Positions 12,851-26,264 of a DNA stretch of 61,168 nucleotides are shown here, piece by piece. The first letter of the stretch is position 1, and every line of letters begins with the position of its first letter. The notes under the pieces were generated by a model, which saw only the letters and a list, made by a program, of their open reading frames with translations, was not told where the DNA came from and made no database searches. The position numbers and the translations under genes are program-made. The stretch is from Xylographa opegraphella (Eukaryota): the NCBI GenBank assembly GCA_022813865.1, contig JALDZX010000059.1, forward strand, positions 62,001-123,168, in the 5' to 3' direction.

Positions 12851-13464
12851 TCAAGCTGTAGGATAGACCTGCGACTTCCGCAGACGACGATGTTGCTATT
12901 GAGCCAACAAATTAGCTTTTGTGCCTTGTTTTTGCTACCGCAGCTGCCCAAGGGGCATTGCGACACGTACCATAATATCACGGTGAGCGTCAGTTGTGGA
13001 CCGTGTAGGATCTCTGACCGAGGTGTAGAGAGATGTTCAGTCCTTCGACGGTACCCATACGCCACCTAGAAAGGATTGTTTCAAGTTTTGTTCCGATGGA
13101 TGGAATTGCACAGCCATAGCCATAAGGCTGGTCTGATCCGCGTAGGTCCTAGTGGGGCTCATGCCGGTAGCCTCTTGGCCCTTGGCGCTTCGGTACCTTT
13201 AGCGAACAAAACAATGGGACGCCTTCTGTGGCTTAACACCCTTAATAAGGCTCGGATGAGTTCTGATATCAGATTGCGGCTTGAGGCTCGCAACATGATT
13301 GTAGCAACCGGGTGCAGCGGCATTCTTTGCACTGGAATTGAGAATTGAAGTCTACGGTTGCGAAATTGCAAATCATACTCTCCCCTTGTCCGTTCCATTC
13401 GTAAATAACAATCATATTAGATCAAAAGCCAATATATCGAGCTAAATTCAACAAGCAATGCCAA

Positions 13465-15954
13465 TCAAAAGCACTGCCTCATTATTCTCGCAAATTCATC
13501 CTCGTTCCCATACAAACCCGACATTCCTGGCATGCCCCCGTACCCCTGATTTGCGTCTCTGGTCTCTCCTGCGAACCCACTTATGCCACTCGCAGGTACA
13601 TTGGTCGGCATCATCCCGTGGTACCCACCAGCAGCTTCAAAAAGATTCGTCAACTCGTACGACATCTGCTGTCCATTCACTGGGCTGTTTCCAAGCGTGT
13701 TGTTCTCATGTGCTGCTGGGAAAACGGTAAGCTCGTCCACCTGATGCCCGGCGAGGCCAGCCATAGCCACGGCAGCCGACGAATGAGGATCATCTATATC
13801 CGAGAGTCCCTGACGAGAAACAACACCGAGCTTTGGTCCGATCTCCTTGAGACCTCTGATCGTCTTCCACAGTCGCTGAGAGGTGTGAGACTTGGTGCTG
13901 AAACCCTTCACCAGGTCGAGCGCCTGGTAGAATTCGTCTCGCACTTGACGATTGAACTCCAGGGGCGCATGGGCGACGGCAAGGAAGAGCACAGCCAGGG
14001 CAGATACAAGGAAATAGTTAAACGAAATCTGCTGCGTTCGGTAGATGTCCGTCGTCTGGTTCAGATTCGTCAAGGCCTTTATCGTCTCTTTTGCCACGTC
14101 CACCACTGTTTGGGCAAGGTTCCTATGCTCAAAAAGGCTGGTGGCACTATGTAGCACAGGCATATAAATCGTCGTCCGTAGCTGATTTGCACGAAGGTAT
14201 AGAATGATCTGTAGACGCTGATTTCCTCGTTGCGGGACTTCCTGATCGATATGACTGTCGTGGTGCTTGTATCGCAGTAATTCTGGAATTGACGCTCTCC
14301 ACTTTTCGATCTGGTAGTCAAGGAACTCGATTTCGTCTTTTCTGACCTCGCTCCCAGAGCTTTCAAAGGCCATGATGGTCTTCCATGCTTTGGATGCTAT
14401 TCGACCATATGGTACCATCGCTGCTAAGTAAGGAGTCCTCGCATCCTACGATATGTTAGATCTCTGCTACGTATCCTATCGATCGGCATGCTTACTGGCT
14501 GAGGCAACTGTGGATCGATATCGTCGTCCTGAATGGCGAAGGGCATTCCGGTCCCAAACGACCATCGCCGATCAAGCTGATAGATGGACCAAAATAGTCG
14601 CACAGCCCAGAGGATTTCATGCTCCGTGGTAAACGTTTTGGTCAAGCTGTCTCGACGATGAAGACCCAACTCAAAGCACAAACGAGCCGCTAGCCCTGTG
14701 ATTCGATAGGCCTGTGACTCGTCGTCCAAATGGAAGTAGTACTGGGCCTATTGTTCTCGTTAGCCGGACTCATGGTAAGATCTTGCTTTTGGACGCACTA
14801 CGATTACGAGCAGCATGAGTCCTTTCATATTGATAGGCTGCCACAATCTACTCTCGGACACCATACGAACACTCTCGAAAAGCCTGCTGCCCATTTCACT
14901 ATATCCACCGCCTACGAGTGTCAACGCAGCTGCCAATACCATTTTCAAAATGTTGGAATCGTCATCGTGGAAAGCATCGCCCCGTTCTATCTCATCTCTC
15001 AATAAACCCGTTCGTGCAGCAGCCTCCATGAAGTCGAACAAGCGGTTTGCTTTGGCAATAGTCTTTTCAATGTCCAGTATTGGGTACATCAGTCCGACTT
15101 CATCATCGTAGGTTCTACACAGTCGGATGACCTCCCCTCTACTCAATGACCAGAGCGGATCTTTCTGAGGTCGTTTGGTTGCCGGGAGTCCTGAGTCGCG
15201 AGCAGGGACCTCGGGCTCAGGCGTTGGCTCGTTTTGCATAATTGCTCCCTCTTCGTCGGGACCAAACGTAGACTGTGCGACATCCATAGCCTTGAGATTG
15301 GTAATACCCATGGTCTGGAGGCTGGAGTTTGCAACATCGAAGCTGAAAGCCGAGGTTGTATGGCCCCTAAATTGTAATGGCCTCGCACGAAAGTCAGGCG
15401 GAGAGACTGGGCGTTGATAAGGTGTCGACAAGCTAGATGGCCCTTGCGAACCATTCTGAGGATAGACATCCAGACCGGGATTGGAGAAGGTCTTTCCTTC
15501 TGATCGACTGAGTAGGACGTTGAGATTCGCGTACAGGTTATCAACCTGCTCCTGCAAGGATTGAATATGGGCATTCATGAGCCGAAATTCCCTTCATGTC
15601 ATTAGTTTCGAGGAAAGCGGTACGTATACGTGCGACCAACTCGGTGTCTTTGAAGCCGCTACTGCAGCAATTGGCCTCGTAAACACATTGAAGAGACAAA
15701 TTACCACAACGCAAACAGGGTGTCTCGCCATTGCACTTGATTTTCCGCCGTTTGCATTCGTTGCTACTCATTCTCAGCGCCTTGTGCAGTCAGTTTATGC
15801 TATGTTCTTCTTACCATGCAATTGAGATGTAACGATTTCGCTTCGTGCGACTCTGCAAGGAGGATGCGTCTTGAGATTTTCTCTTGGAGCTCCCTGGTCT
15901 TACATCGTGATCAGAAGCAGAGTCGCGACTTTCCCGGCGAGATCGGTTGTTCAT
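13465..15954 (-). CDS. Zn2Cys6 fungal transcription factor with Fungal_trans middle domain, ~5 exons
   Basis: Spliced KRNRYISIAC|NECKRRKIKCNGETPCLRCGNLSLQCVY; GLAARLCFELGLHR; FWSIYQLDRRWSFGTGMPF; HSSAAVAMAGLAGH. Confidence 0.93.
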
Positions 15955-16394
15955 GTTTTGTTCAGTGAGCTTTACACTGAGTACATATTGTTGTCACTGC
16001 GGAATGAAAGCGCAGTCGTAAACATCGGCGACGGCCGAAGGGCGGGGAAATGCCGCCATCCATTGATGAGACGTAAATACTCGACATTATTACGCAATGT
16101 CTAGAATGTGGGAGTCGACCATCCTTCTGCACAGTCAGGCGGCGCTACGATTATCCAACCTCAAGGCCGCTGGCGATTACGAGTTCAATCTTCTAGGGCA
16201 ATGAAGGAGCTTGGGATCCAGCCTCACGTTTATGGTACTACTGCTGGGCATTCATCCCAAGACTACAATACCGGGACATGGACCATACTTAAGATGAAAA
16301 ACAATAGTCTAGTCTGAACATTCGACTCATAGTCCAACGTTAACAATTCAATCAGTATTACAGCAAAGCCATACTTTGCTGCTCACAATGGAGC

Positions 16395-18666
16395 CTACCG
16401 AAGTAGCTTCAGGCACCTCGTGAGACTTCTTCTCAGGTATACCTTTACAAGGCCTGTCAATTCTTTAATACCTAAGCCAGATCGCCGCAGCCAATAGCTT
16501 CCTACGAGAGCTGCAGCCAACGAGACACACATAATTGCCTTTCGCATTCGACTTCGGTAGCTTCCACGACGTGTATACACGAGATTCCAATGCTTCCATC
16601 TGGGAAACATACACCTCAACGTGAAGTCAACCTGCGAGCGTCTGATTGTACGTCAGTAGAGAAATTTTAGGGGAAGGATCCCTAAGGACTTACGGATATG
16701 CTGTGGCATTCCAGCCGGTCTCTGTAAAGTACCAACTCGAGCAACCCCCACTGGTCCAGACTGTATTCTTGAGATCCTGCTGGATGGCTTCTGTCCATTC
16801 AATCTCTGCGCTCTTCTTCACCTCTACTGTCTCGACGTCCCCAGATAGTATGGGTTTTATGAATCGTAAACTGTACTCAATCATGTTCTCGATTGCAAGT
16901 ATGACAGAAGAATGGCCCGTAGCTGTGTTGGGCCCAAAAATGATGAAAAAGTTTGGAAAGCCGTCCATGGCGGTACCAAGATAGGCCTGAGCGCCTCCTC
17001 GTTCGTCCCAGACGTCCTGTAACAGTCTCCCCTCCCTCCCACGGACCTTAAGGGGATGTAACCAAGTGCTAAGATCAAAGCCATTGGCAAGTATGATTAC
17101 GTCTGCTGGTAACTCGACTTGATCCATTGCAACTTTGCTGTCCAGCTTGCCCGATGCAGGGTATGTCCGGCCTGGACCCAAGATCACAGACTTTTGGTTG
17201 ACCCTTGTCAGAGGCTGAGTCGTCAGATTATATTTCGGGTTGTTCATACTGTCTAGCCAGTAATAGTCCATGATGCGCCGTTTACATCCAACACTATAGT
17301 CCGGAGTGAGGATCTCATGATACTTTTCCGGAACCGTCCTCTTCATATGCTTGATCAGCTTTGCTTCCAATTTTCTTCTCGATTTGACGTTTCTGGAGTT
17401 ATCTTGGAAGACGGAGTGGTAGTCAAGCTCCGAGATAACAAACCACAGCGTTCGGAAAAGACGGCCCACTCCAGGTATGCGATCGAACATGGCTCCACTC
17501 CATTTCCCCCAAGCCTCCGGTCCAAAGAATGGCAATGGTTCTATCAGCGGATATCAGTATCAGCGTTTCTTCGTATATACAACAATTACAGAATCAAGTA
17601 AAAATGTGAGAGTTCCTTCGTTTCAAGAAAAATGTATCGAGGATCGGTCTCAGTCAAATCCAGCCTCCACAGCTCATAATGACGCGCGAACAAGCAAGAG
17701 TTCTCAAGAGAATACATACTGGGCACCACCCATGGTGGCGATCTCATTAACTGAGTACAGGACTTTGCATTGTACGGGGGCTTCGTGATCAGCGCTGTAA
17801 ACTGAGCCGCACTGCATCCAGTCCCAAGAACAATAACATCCTTCTCTGTAAGGTCAACGCCGTAATTCCATCGAGATGAGTGGAAAATATCGCCTTCGAA
17901 ACTCTCCCGTCCAGGAATCTGTGCTGGCCAGTCCTTTGGTTCCACCAGACCACCCACGCAACTTACGACGATCTTTGCTCGAACAACCTCGCGTCGTAGG
18001 TATACAGCTGCCTGTCCATACGTGTCAACACGTTGTTGACGCTCCTTGGCGCTAAGGTCTCCAGCACCTGGTGCAAGGTACACCAAAGTCCCCTCCCACA
18101 CTTGTTCTTCTTCAAGCCAACGCAGCTCAGAAACATCTGTATTCAGCTGGATCTTATCGACGATCTTATACTTGTCACAAACGGCGTGCAGATACTCGAC
18201 CATTTCCGGCCCCTCAGGAAAGAAGCTGGTCCATCTGTTGTTCGGAGCAAAGGAGAATGAGTATAGAATTGAAGGTCTGCAAAAGATCATGGTCAGCCCT
18301 AGTGCCAGATCTCATACTGCAGCACATCGTTACACATCCACCGCCTAGAAAGATGCCATAGTCAGTACGGTGATCATTGATGCTAACGCTGCCGGGAGAC
18401 CTACCACGCCAGGGTAGCGGTTAATCCACCAAGTCCCTTCCCATCATCAGCGTGGTCTGGAAGCCAACATTTCAAACATAGCAGTTACCTCCTATACCGG
18501 ACTGACGGTCGAAGATCCTGAATTGATCAAAGCCAAGCTTCTCTTTCAACCGGCATCCAAGAGCTACACCGGCAGCCCCAGCGCCTACAACAAGCACCGG
18601 ATAGTACACAATGGAGTCTTTGTCGAATGCATAGTCGATATGTACAATGCTTGAATGATTACTCAT
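16395..18666 (-). CDS. Baeyer-Villiger / flavin-containing monooxygenase with C-terminal TM helix, ~6 exons
   Basis: VVGAGAAG FAD motif, GGTWWINRYPGVAVDVP, FEGDIFHSSRW (FxGxxxHxxxW fingerprint), GTGCSAAQ NADPH motif, GCKR, FPNFFIIFGPN, GCSSWY. Confidence 0.93.
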
Positions 18667-19359
18667 TGCCAACGATCCTCCACCTCAAGAGTGATGGGTA
18701 AAGGGGGTACGAGTACGGAGACGAAAAGACGTATACAATGACGAAGGAGGGCGGATGAACAGAAGACGCCCCCGAGAGATGGCTCATGAGGTTTAGTAAG
18801 GAAAAGTCCACACACGATGAGGAGGGGGGGGAGGGGGGAGTTCTTCATGAACAAAGCAATGCCAATCATTTGTAGAAGAAGGTTCCAAACGAAGAATCAC
18901 CTGCAGCTGGCAGAGAGGGGTAGTTTAGCCATACTCGTCGCTGTATCTTCTCGGCCGAACCCCGCGTCAGTGAAACATGAGACCGGTGCTCGTCATGTTG
19001 CTCTCCGCGGCAGAGCAGGAGCCAAATAGTGATTCCGGGGCTGTGATAAAGCACGGAAAGGTTCAGTGCATGTATTCTCCCGTGCCGGCCCCGGCCGCGG
19101 GCCCGTAGACAAAGTGTCGAGGGTGTGTAAGAAGCCCAAGCTTAATGCCCTACTCTCAAAGGGGCTTGAACGGGTCTGAGGTGTAGTCGCTGACCTAGTG
19201 CTGTACACTTTGCGAAAATACGTATCGATAACCTGTAAGATATGTGCAAGCGGTGCGGCCCGTCCCACTTGTGACTGGACCAGGTGCCGAGGATTGCGAA
19301 CGAACCTTAGCCGAACTTCTGCTGCGGACCAGGTGGAGGTGTGCGCTTTACGAGGAGGC

Positions 19360-20262
19360 ATGCTCTTCCAACATCCTCGTGCCTTCAGCTTGCGACGCTT
19401 ACTGTCCTCTGCAGTTCCCGCATGGCGGCCTCTCACCGTGCTTCCAGACTCCTCCCCGTCCAGCTTCCGCGACCTCGCCTTTGTGCCCTCCACTCCAGCG
19501 CTCTTGCCTCCAAGAACCTTCAAAGCTCTACCAGCAATTCAAAAATGGTTTCAGCCGCATCCGACCAAGGCGGATCGATACGATGTGGCCCCTGATTGTC
19601 TTCAATCCTACGGGTCAGCCACTGTGTTGCTCGAATATAGCTCATCAACCACCCAGTTCGTACGGTCCCATGCGCCGTTGAGCCTTTTCCTCGAATGGTT
19701 GAACCACTCCAACTCTGAAAGCAAAGATCGCTTGTATCTGGGGCAAACATGCCTGGATGATCTTCCCCAAGCCCTTCGAAGCGACCTCCCAACTCCGGCA
19801 CATGTCGTGTCGTCTGGGCGAGGCGACATCTATGCCGCCAATTTATGGATGGGGCGGCCTCCGACGTACACTCCTTTACATCGTGATCCCAACCCAAATC
19901 TTTTCGTACAGCTTGCAGGGTCGAAAACAGTACGACTGATGGATCCTGCTGCTGGGCAACGTATATTCGCTCGGGTCCAAGCATCGCTCGGAGAAGCAGC
20001 CTCGGCTAAGTTCCGCGGTGAGGAGATGATGCATGGGAGGGAAAGACAAGTGCTAGAAGAACAGGTCTGGGGTAGCGGAGGTGAGACAGAAGGCGGATTC
20101 GAAGCGCAACTTCAAGCCGGAGATGCTATCTTTATTCCCAACGGGTGGTGGCACAGCATCAAGGGGATTGGCGAGGGGGTGACGGCATCTGTAAGTTTTC
20201 ACACAAGCACGGAGCTCAATATCTGCTGATTTGCAATGAAGGTCAATTGGTGGTTTCGGTGA
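19360..20262 (+). CDS. JmjC / Cupin_8 domain protein, probably mitochondrial, 2 exons
   Basis: LYLGQ, GDIYAANLWMG, TPLHRDPNPNLFVQLAGSK (HxD), GDAIFIPNGWWHSI. Intron 20191-20241. Last exon VNWWFR*. Confidence 0.9.
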
Positions 20263-20471
20263 AGCAACTGGAGTCCACACAACACGCAAAATGTACATCA
20301 CTGGTCAGCAAGAGGTTGTAACCCACAGCACATGAATCTAAAATATGAGACATCATAGCAAATATCCAAAGCCTTGCAATCTATTATTCACGAGTTTACC
20401 AAAGCAAGCAATACATGGCTACTGCAAAACTTCTCGAGACGGATCCGAAAGGACGGCGACCTTCCAACATC

Positions 20472-21203
20472 CTAACACCTGAAGGAGCAATCCATGTCCC
20501 TCGTCCATGCAATCGGTGTTGAACGCTGAAAGATCGATCGCCCCCACGGAAGGGACGAGCGACGACCATGCGTATGCTCGTCCGCCCATCCCTCGCTGCA
20601 GTAGCCATCTGCATTGCTCATCCACCACTCTGCCCCGTAAAGAAACTTGATCCGCATGTGCTCGCCATGCGACTTGTCGATTCCTTTGCAATCCTCACAG
20701 GACATCTCCATGGTCAGCACGTACGGCAGCTTGCTGGTCATCTCGACGTCCCGTTTCGGATCCTTGAGGTCTGCAAAGTAGTCGAACGGGGCAGGCGTCA
20801 GATCGCCGATCGGCCGGTGCCAGCCGTCGTGCAGCGAGGCGGTCATAATCCCGGCCACCGTGCTGCCTTTGGTTTGTGCTAGCAAGTCACCAAAGACTTG
20901 GCGGACGTGGATGCTGCACCTAAGGTCCGTTAGAATGTCTGACTATGAAGCATCGTGGGGATTTTGAAGGACTTACAAGCCGTGATTGATGCGGTCAGAG
21001 TCGCGAGCCGTGAGGTCACCGGGGAAGTGGTTGCTGAGGCTCGGCGCGCTGACGGTCGAGCTGTTCCCCCAGTTGTACGCGGATGGGACGGCCTGCGTAG
21101 AGGAGGTGGTTGGGGTGACGAGAGAGGGTGTGGGCCTGAGGGGTAAGGTCGAGGCGGAAGAGAGGAAGGAGAAGAGAAGGGCGAATAGGAAGAAGAACAG
21201 CAT
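20472..21203 (-). CDS. Small secreted Cys-containing protein, 2 exons
   Basis: Hydrophobic signal peptide MLFFFLFALLFSFLSSAS. GTAAGT...CTAAC..TAG intron (~20920-20976) joins GL|CSIHVRQ in frame. C-terminus RDMDCSFRC*. Confidence 0.8.
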
Positions 21204-21494
21204 GGTGAGTGGGAGTGTGGTGAACTTGTGTTTTATGGTAAGCTCCCGTGTCTCTGTATGCCTCGAGGTTTTGCTGGAAAGCTGAAGGAGGTCTCGAAGT
21301 CTGTGGGATGTAAAGGATACTTCAGGTTGGAAATGCGAAGTCTGAAAGTGTGATCTGAAGGTCTGGAGGTGGAAGAGTGGACTGAAGAATGAAGATGATC
21401 AGAGAAGAGGGGAGGAGGACCGGCCATTTATACCAAGATGCTGTCTGTTTGAGTTCCCAAGTTCTCCACTCTCACAAAGCTTCTAATGCTAAGG

Positions 21495-21970
21495 AAAGTG
21501 CATTTCCCCACCCATGAACTATTACGCCGCCCAATTCTGCATCAAGCTCACCTTCCTACTCATATATACTAAAAATATTGGAAAGCCACACCCGCACATT
21601 CGACGTCACCTCGAGGTCCACATTGATAGCGACTTCTGGAAGCGACACTACAGACGGGACGTAAGACAGCCAGCATTTAAGCAGCAACCAGAGCGCTCAA
21701 TGCAAAATTCTGCGAAAACAGATTAGCCCTGTGGAGACCGATGGCTATCACACTAGATACCAAAACGACAATAAGCTTCTCTTAAGAACAAAATTTGCAG
21801 AGTAAGACCTTTACGAATAGACTCTATTTCGGCCTGGACTCCTCGGGACACTCATGTGAAGGACAAATCAGACTGCATATCGCCTTACAACAGAACGGAG
21901 GAGGACAGAATTCCATTAGCCAAGTAAGGACTGGAGAACTGATACTGTGATCTGGACGTCAGCAGAGCTG
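21495..21970 (+). pseudogene. Possible relic of a PTH11-like / fungal rhodopsin-domain membrane protein
   Basis: Fragments KVHFPPMNYYAAQFCIKLTFLLIYTK and TVIWTSAEL resemble the Y..IKxSxLxFYxR and IWSxxE motifs. No continuous ORF. Confidence 0.3.
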
Positions 21971-22728
21971 CATGACAGTAGGCTAGGAGAAAAGCGTGTA
22001 GGTTCCAAGCACTCCCCGAGAAGCTTTCTGGTACCTTCATGTGAAGCTGTCTACGGTGCAGCTATACAGACGCCCCGGAGCGGCTGGTTGAACCAAACTT
22101 CGGACCTGGTGAACAATGGGACGAAGACAAGACTTCCGCTGTCACATGCACAGCCCTTGAAAACTCAGAGCTGAGACGACATGGCCCACACTTCACATGT
22201 TCGGGGCGAACATTCGGCCCCTTCACACAGATCGCTGGACGACGCCAGTGTGATGTGAGAGCGTCCTCCACCACTGAATACCACTCCCTATGAAGCATTT
22301 GAGCGTTCCAATTCTTCTCGCTTATGAGCCCTATGAATGAATGCAACTCGTCTCTGCCGCATCAATCTCAGTCCGTATGCTGCCCATCTCGCACCTTTCT
22401 CTCTTAACGCGCTCGCTGCCTAAAAACGACCCTTTCTTATTGAAGTACAATATCAAGCTCCGCTTCACGCGCTAGCCTTCCTGTCAACAGCCACGTCACC
22501 TACATCACGTCCGCAAAAGCCAATGTCTCAACTCTAACGCCTCAAGTTGCCATCATCTCCATCTGTCCTCCATGCCCCCACAAACCCCACCATCGAGCGC
22601 CACGACATTCGTCCCCACACCAGGGTAAAGCAAAAAGTACACTTTCTTCTCCGCTGCGACGCCCCACAATCGACTCCACCGACCTCTCCACAGCTAATTC
22701 CACTCCGGAAAAGAAACACCGGCGGACG

Positions 22729-23297
22729 ATGTCATCCCACGCCCCACCCGCCCACCGCGCCCAAACCCAAACGCCGCACACACCACCAGCCACCCCTCAC
22801 AGTCCCACCACCAGCAAACCGCCCACCTCGGGCAGCGCACCCAAAGCCCCCGCACCCCCGGCATCCAGCACCTCGCACCCGCAAGTCACCTTCACCGTCA
22901 ACACCCCGACCTCGGTCACCGGCCACAACAACACGGTCATCATCCGCAACGCGCCCGCGGGCGCGCAAGCCCAGCAGGCCCGCATGGCCGCCGTGATGGC
23001 GAGCGGGCCGCGCCACTTGCGGGGCTCGCCGATAGAGCTGAAGGATCAGTATGGGGTGAGGGTGGTGGGGAGCGGGAACCTGGTGATGCTGTGTGGAGGG
23101 TACGGAGCGGCGGAGACGGGGGCGGGGGCGGGGATGGGGGCGGGAACGGGGACAGGGACGGGGGCGGGGTCGGAGTATGCGAGGACAAGTACGGAAGAGG
23201 TCAGTGTCCGCGTATGCGGGGTGAAGCGATTGAAAGGTGTGCTGATGCAGTTTAGCATACAGAAGAAATAAGTGGGGAGAAGCGACGGAGGGTGTAG
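22729..23297 (+). CDS. Hypothetical fungal protein (Pro/Thr-rich N-terminus, two short beta motifs, basic C-terminus), 2 exons
   Basis: ORF with VTFTVNTPTSVTGHNNTVII and IELKDQYGVRVVGSGNLV. Putative GTCAGT...CTGAT..TTAG intron followed by HTEEISGEKRRRV*. Confidence 0.6.
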
Positions 23298-23658
23298 GAT
23301 GGGGTAGTGGGGAGCTGTGCTCGGAGAGAAAATAGGCTCGTCGGGGACGGCGATGGAAACGGGCTGATCTAGAAACGAGCAATCTGCAAGGCTCATGACA
23401 CTATACACACGGGAGAAAAGAAAACCTTTCGTCTCTCAGCATGCGTGCCGAGTCTGCTTTTTCTAGCCTTGGGTTTAGCGGTGCACATCTTACATGGGCA
23501 GAACCAGATATGACATCCTTCTTCTCTGCCCATGCGCCCCTGTTGACGCCACGTAAAATGCTGCGTGTAGACGAAAGTCACTCGTCCGCCCACTACTCTG
23601 GAACACCGAACTATGAAGGTGCGTACAAAGAAACCATAACGAGCTGTGCCTTCGAGGA

Positions 23659-25576
23659 CTACTGGCGGCCTCCAATCGGGACGTCCAATCGATGCAAGTC
23701 TTTCGACCACGGCGACAGGCGCTTGTCGCGCTCGAACAAGAGTCCGCAGTTGTTGCAGAGCGACTATGAACATTAGCTTCCTTTGTCGGCAAGGGAGAAG
23801 AATCACTGGCGTACTCTTGGACCACTCGGCCCGTCGCGGACAGCCCAGACCGCCGACCCGTGCACCAGGCAGTGCGAGCAGCGCCAGGTATGCCGTTCCC
23901 TACTGGGATGTTAGGACCGTCCAATCAACTGTGTCGGAAAGCACACTTACCAGTCCATCAATCCGCCGCCACCGCCATAACCCGTCGCTCCCGTGTCTGG
24001 CGTGCCGCCCGGAGTACCGCCCCTGCCCAGCGGACTCAGGCTTCTGAACCGTCTCTTTTTCTTACTCCGCTCACCCCTCCCCATTGGAGTCTCTGCGTTG
24101 TCAGGCTGATCGAACAAGCCTCCTGGCGTTGGCATACCACCCGCCATATTTGTCGTGGAAGAGAATCTCGCTGTCTCCCTGCGCAGTCGTCGGATTTGAC
24201 GCTCCCGGTCGCCTTCCCTCTTCTCAATCTCCTCTTTAGAAAGCGTTTCAACTTTCGGTTCCCACTCGTCCGCCAAGTGTTCGTGGTCAAATCTCCACCC
24301 GGCTTCTTGACCTTCCAAAGCAAGGTTGTCGATCTCGCCGCCGCCAACAAGGCCACCACTTTCGCAGGCTTCTTTTTTGAGGCGCAGCACAGCTTCATAG
24401 ATGGCGTGCGTCATAGCAGGAACCCATTCGCCGAAAAGGCCCATATCAGCGCAAGTTTGCTTGGCGAACATTTCGGCTATACCAGGAGGATGAAGGAGGG
24501 ACCACTCGAATCGATCGGTATAGAGCTTGTTGAGAAGGTTGATGTTGAGAGCTATGATGCAACGGTAGGTATCGTCTGGATTATAGAAGTCCGAAGTAGT
24601 GGAATGGAGAGTTGTAGCTGTTGCTGTAACATTGGCCGTTGCTTCGGTTGGAGTAGGCTGGCCATTTGCTTGGGTAATGTTGCCATTCGCGGCGTTGAGG
24701 TTGGGTGTGGAGGGGGCCGGGTCCGCTGGTGTAATTGACTGGTCCCGAGAATTTGCAGCTTGTATGGTTTTAACGGTCACTCCATCGACCGTAGTGGTGT
24801 TTGTGGTGTGGAATAGGGGATGCAATGCAACGCCAGCATATTCTTCGAGCTGCTGCCGTATTTGATTACTGACTTGAATTGCAAAGCCTGCTGGGTTGGG
24901 AAGGTCGAGCTCGTGGACAAGTATCAAAGCAAACTGGTCTGGTGTGATCAAGGTTTCATGGAGATTCCAAAGGAAGACATCTTTGAGTCGATAAGGTGGA
25001 GTTGACTCTGGTGTTCTATATGCCGGTAACGACGGATTGATCCCGAATGCTTGCGCATCAGAGGGTAGAGGGAGCGCCGCAGTCGGGGTAAAAGAAGGGA
25101 TGTCGAGGTCGATACGGATCGGGATGAGGGTCAACGGTAATGAGGATTGTGCATGAAGCTGTCTATCCGTCCTTAAATGCGCATATCATCAGTAGATAGT
25201 TCAGTAAGGTTCGGATTTTGTGTTGAACTAACTTTCCGAACTTTGGCTTGCCCATCCACTCTCGCCATATTCCTTGAACGTCAACGGGACCGGTCAATTC
25301 CTTGCTCAGCCGCTCTGCCAGGCTTTCTTTGACCTGATTAGGATCCTCCCTTCGACTCCGCAACCCCGTAGGTCTCCTCGGACCATCGCTCTCGTCGAAT
25401 TCCTCGTCATTTAGTAGGTCTTCTGAATAGTTGATCACGATAGTCCCTCGCTTCGTGGTTCTTGATGCAGGTGCATTTTGAGTGGTAGACGGTGGTATGA
25501 CAGGAGTGAGAAGCGAGTTGAGATGTGCTCTGAGTCGAGGCGCAAAAGTCGAACTGAAAGCTTGGGGGGGTGGCAT
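23659..25576 (-). CDS. SFH1: RSC chromatin-remodelling subunit Sfh1 (SNF5 family) with C-terminal GATA-like zinc finger, 4 exons
   Basis: PQAFSSTFAPRLR, RTTKRGT..INYSED, LIPIRIDLD, KDVFLWNLHE, DRFEWSL, ERQIRRLRRE. Spliced CSHC...GPSGPR|SLCNNCG. Confidence 0.95.
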
Positions 25577-26264
25577 GGCGGGCTAGACTAGAGCTAGGGA
25601 AGGGAGGAACATCCAGGACCAGCAGCGCGGTGGGAAAAGCATCAATGTTACAGCTACCGCATGAGTAAGAATTCCGCTAACAGACCGTGCCTATTGCGAT
25701 TGTCTTAAAACAAGAGTATTGGAGCAAAGAGAGACTGCGTTGGAGACTGGATGAGCGAGGCGCATTGCAATGTTCGATGAAAGAGCGCGTTCGAGCTAGT
25801 TGAGGCTAGTCTCTCAGCCTTAATCGTTTTTACTGGCACACGCACACAGCCTCCGCCGGTGGTCATGTATCTCTCAGAATGCTACGCATACGCTAGAACG
25901 CACCAGGATGTCCGATGTACCCACTATTAGATACCTCCACGAACGCGTTTGTACAGCTTAGGATGGATCAGGTAGAGTGATTGAACAGGATAAAGCGCAG
26001 CAAGGTCATAGTAACCGTTTGTTTGTGCGAACGATTAGATTGCTGGGTTTTTAGGTTTAGAAAAATAAGGCATATCAACTTCTCAGCCTACTCCAAGTCA
26101 CAGCTTTATACGATCTTAAAACGACCACGGACTCAGCGGATTGTACGTATTAAATTCAGGACTATATATGTACCTGTCTCAGCTTCAAAGTGAAGCCACT
26201 CCAAATTGCTCCACCTTCTCCACCTTCTCTCACACAGAGTAGCTCGTAAAGCACTTTCTCCGCT

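Noticed and set aside
17542..17719. Stwintron in the 178-nt BVMO intron
   Set aside because: A single GTATGT...TAG intron restores the frame and no nested splice sites are needed.
13465..20262. Zn2Cys6 TF + BVMO + JmjC as a secondary-metabolite cluster
   Set aside because: No PKS, NRPS, terpene synthase or DMATS backbone in the window, and the neighbours are housekeeping genes.
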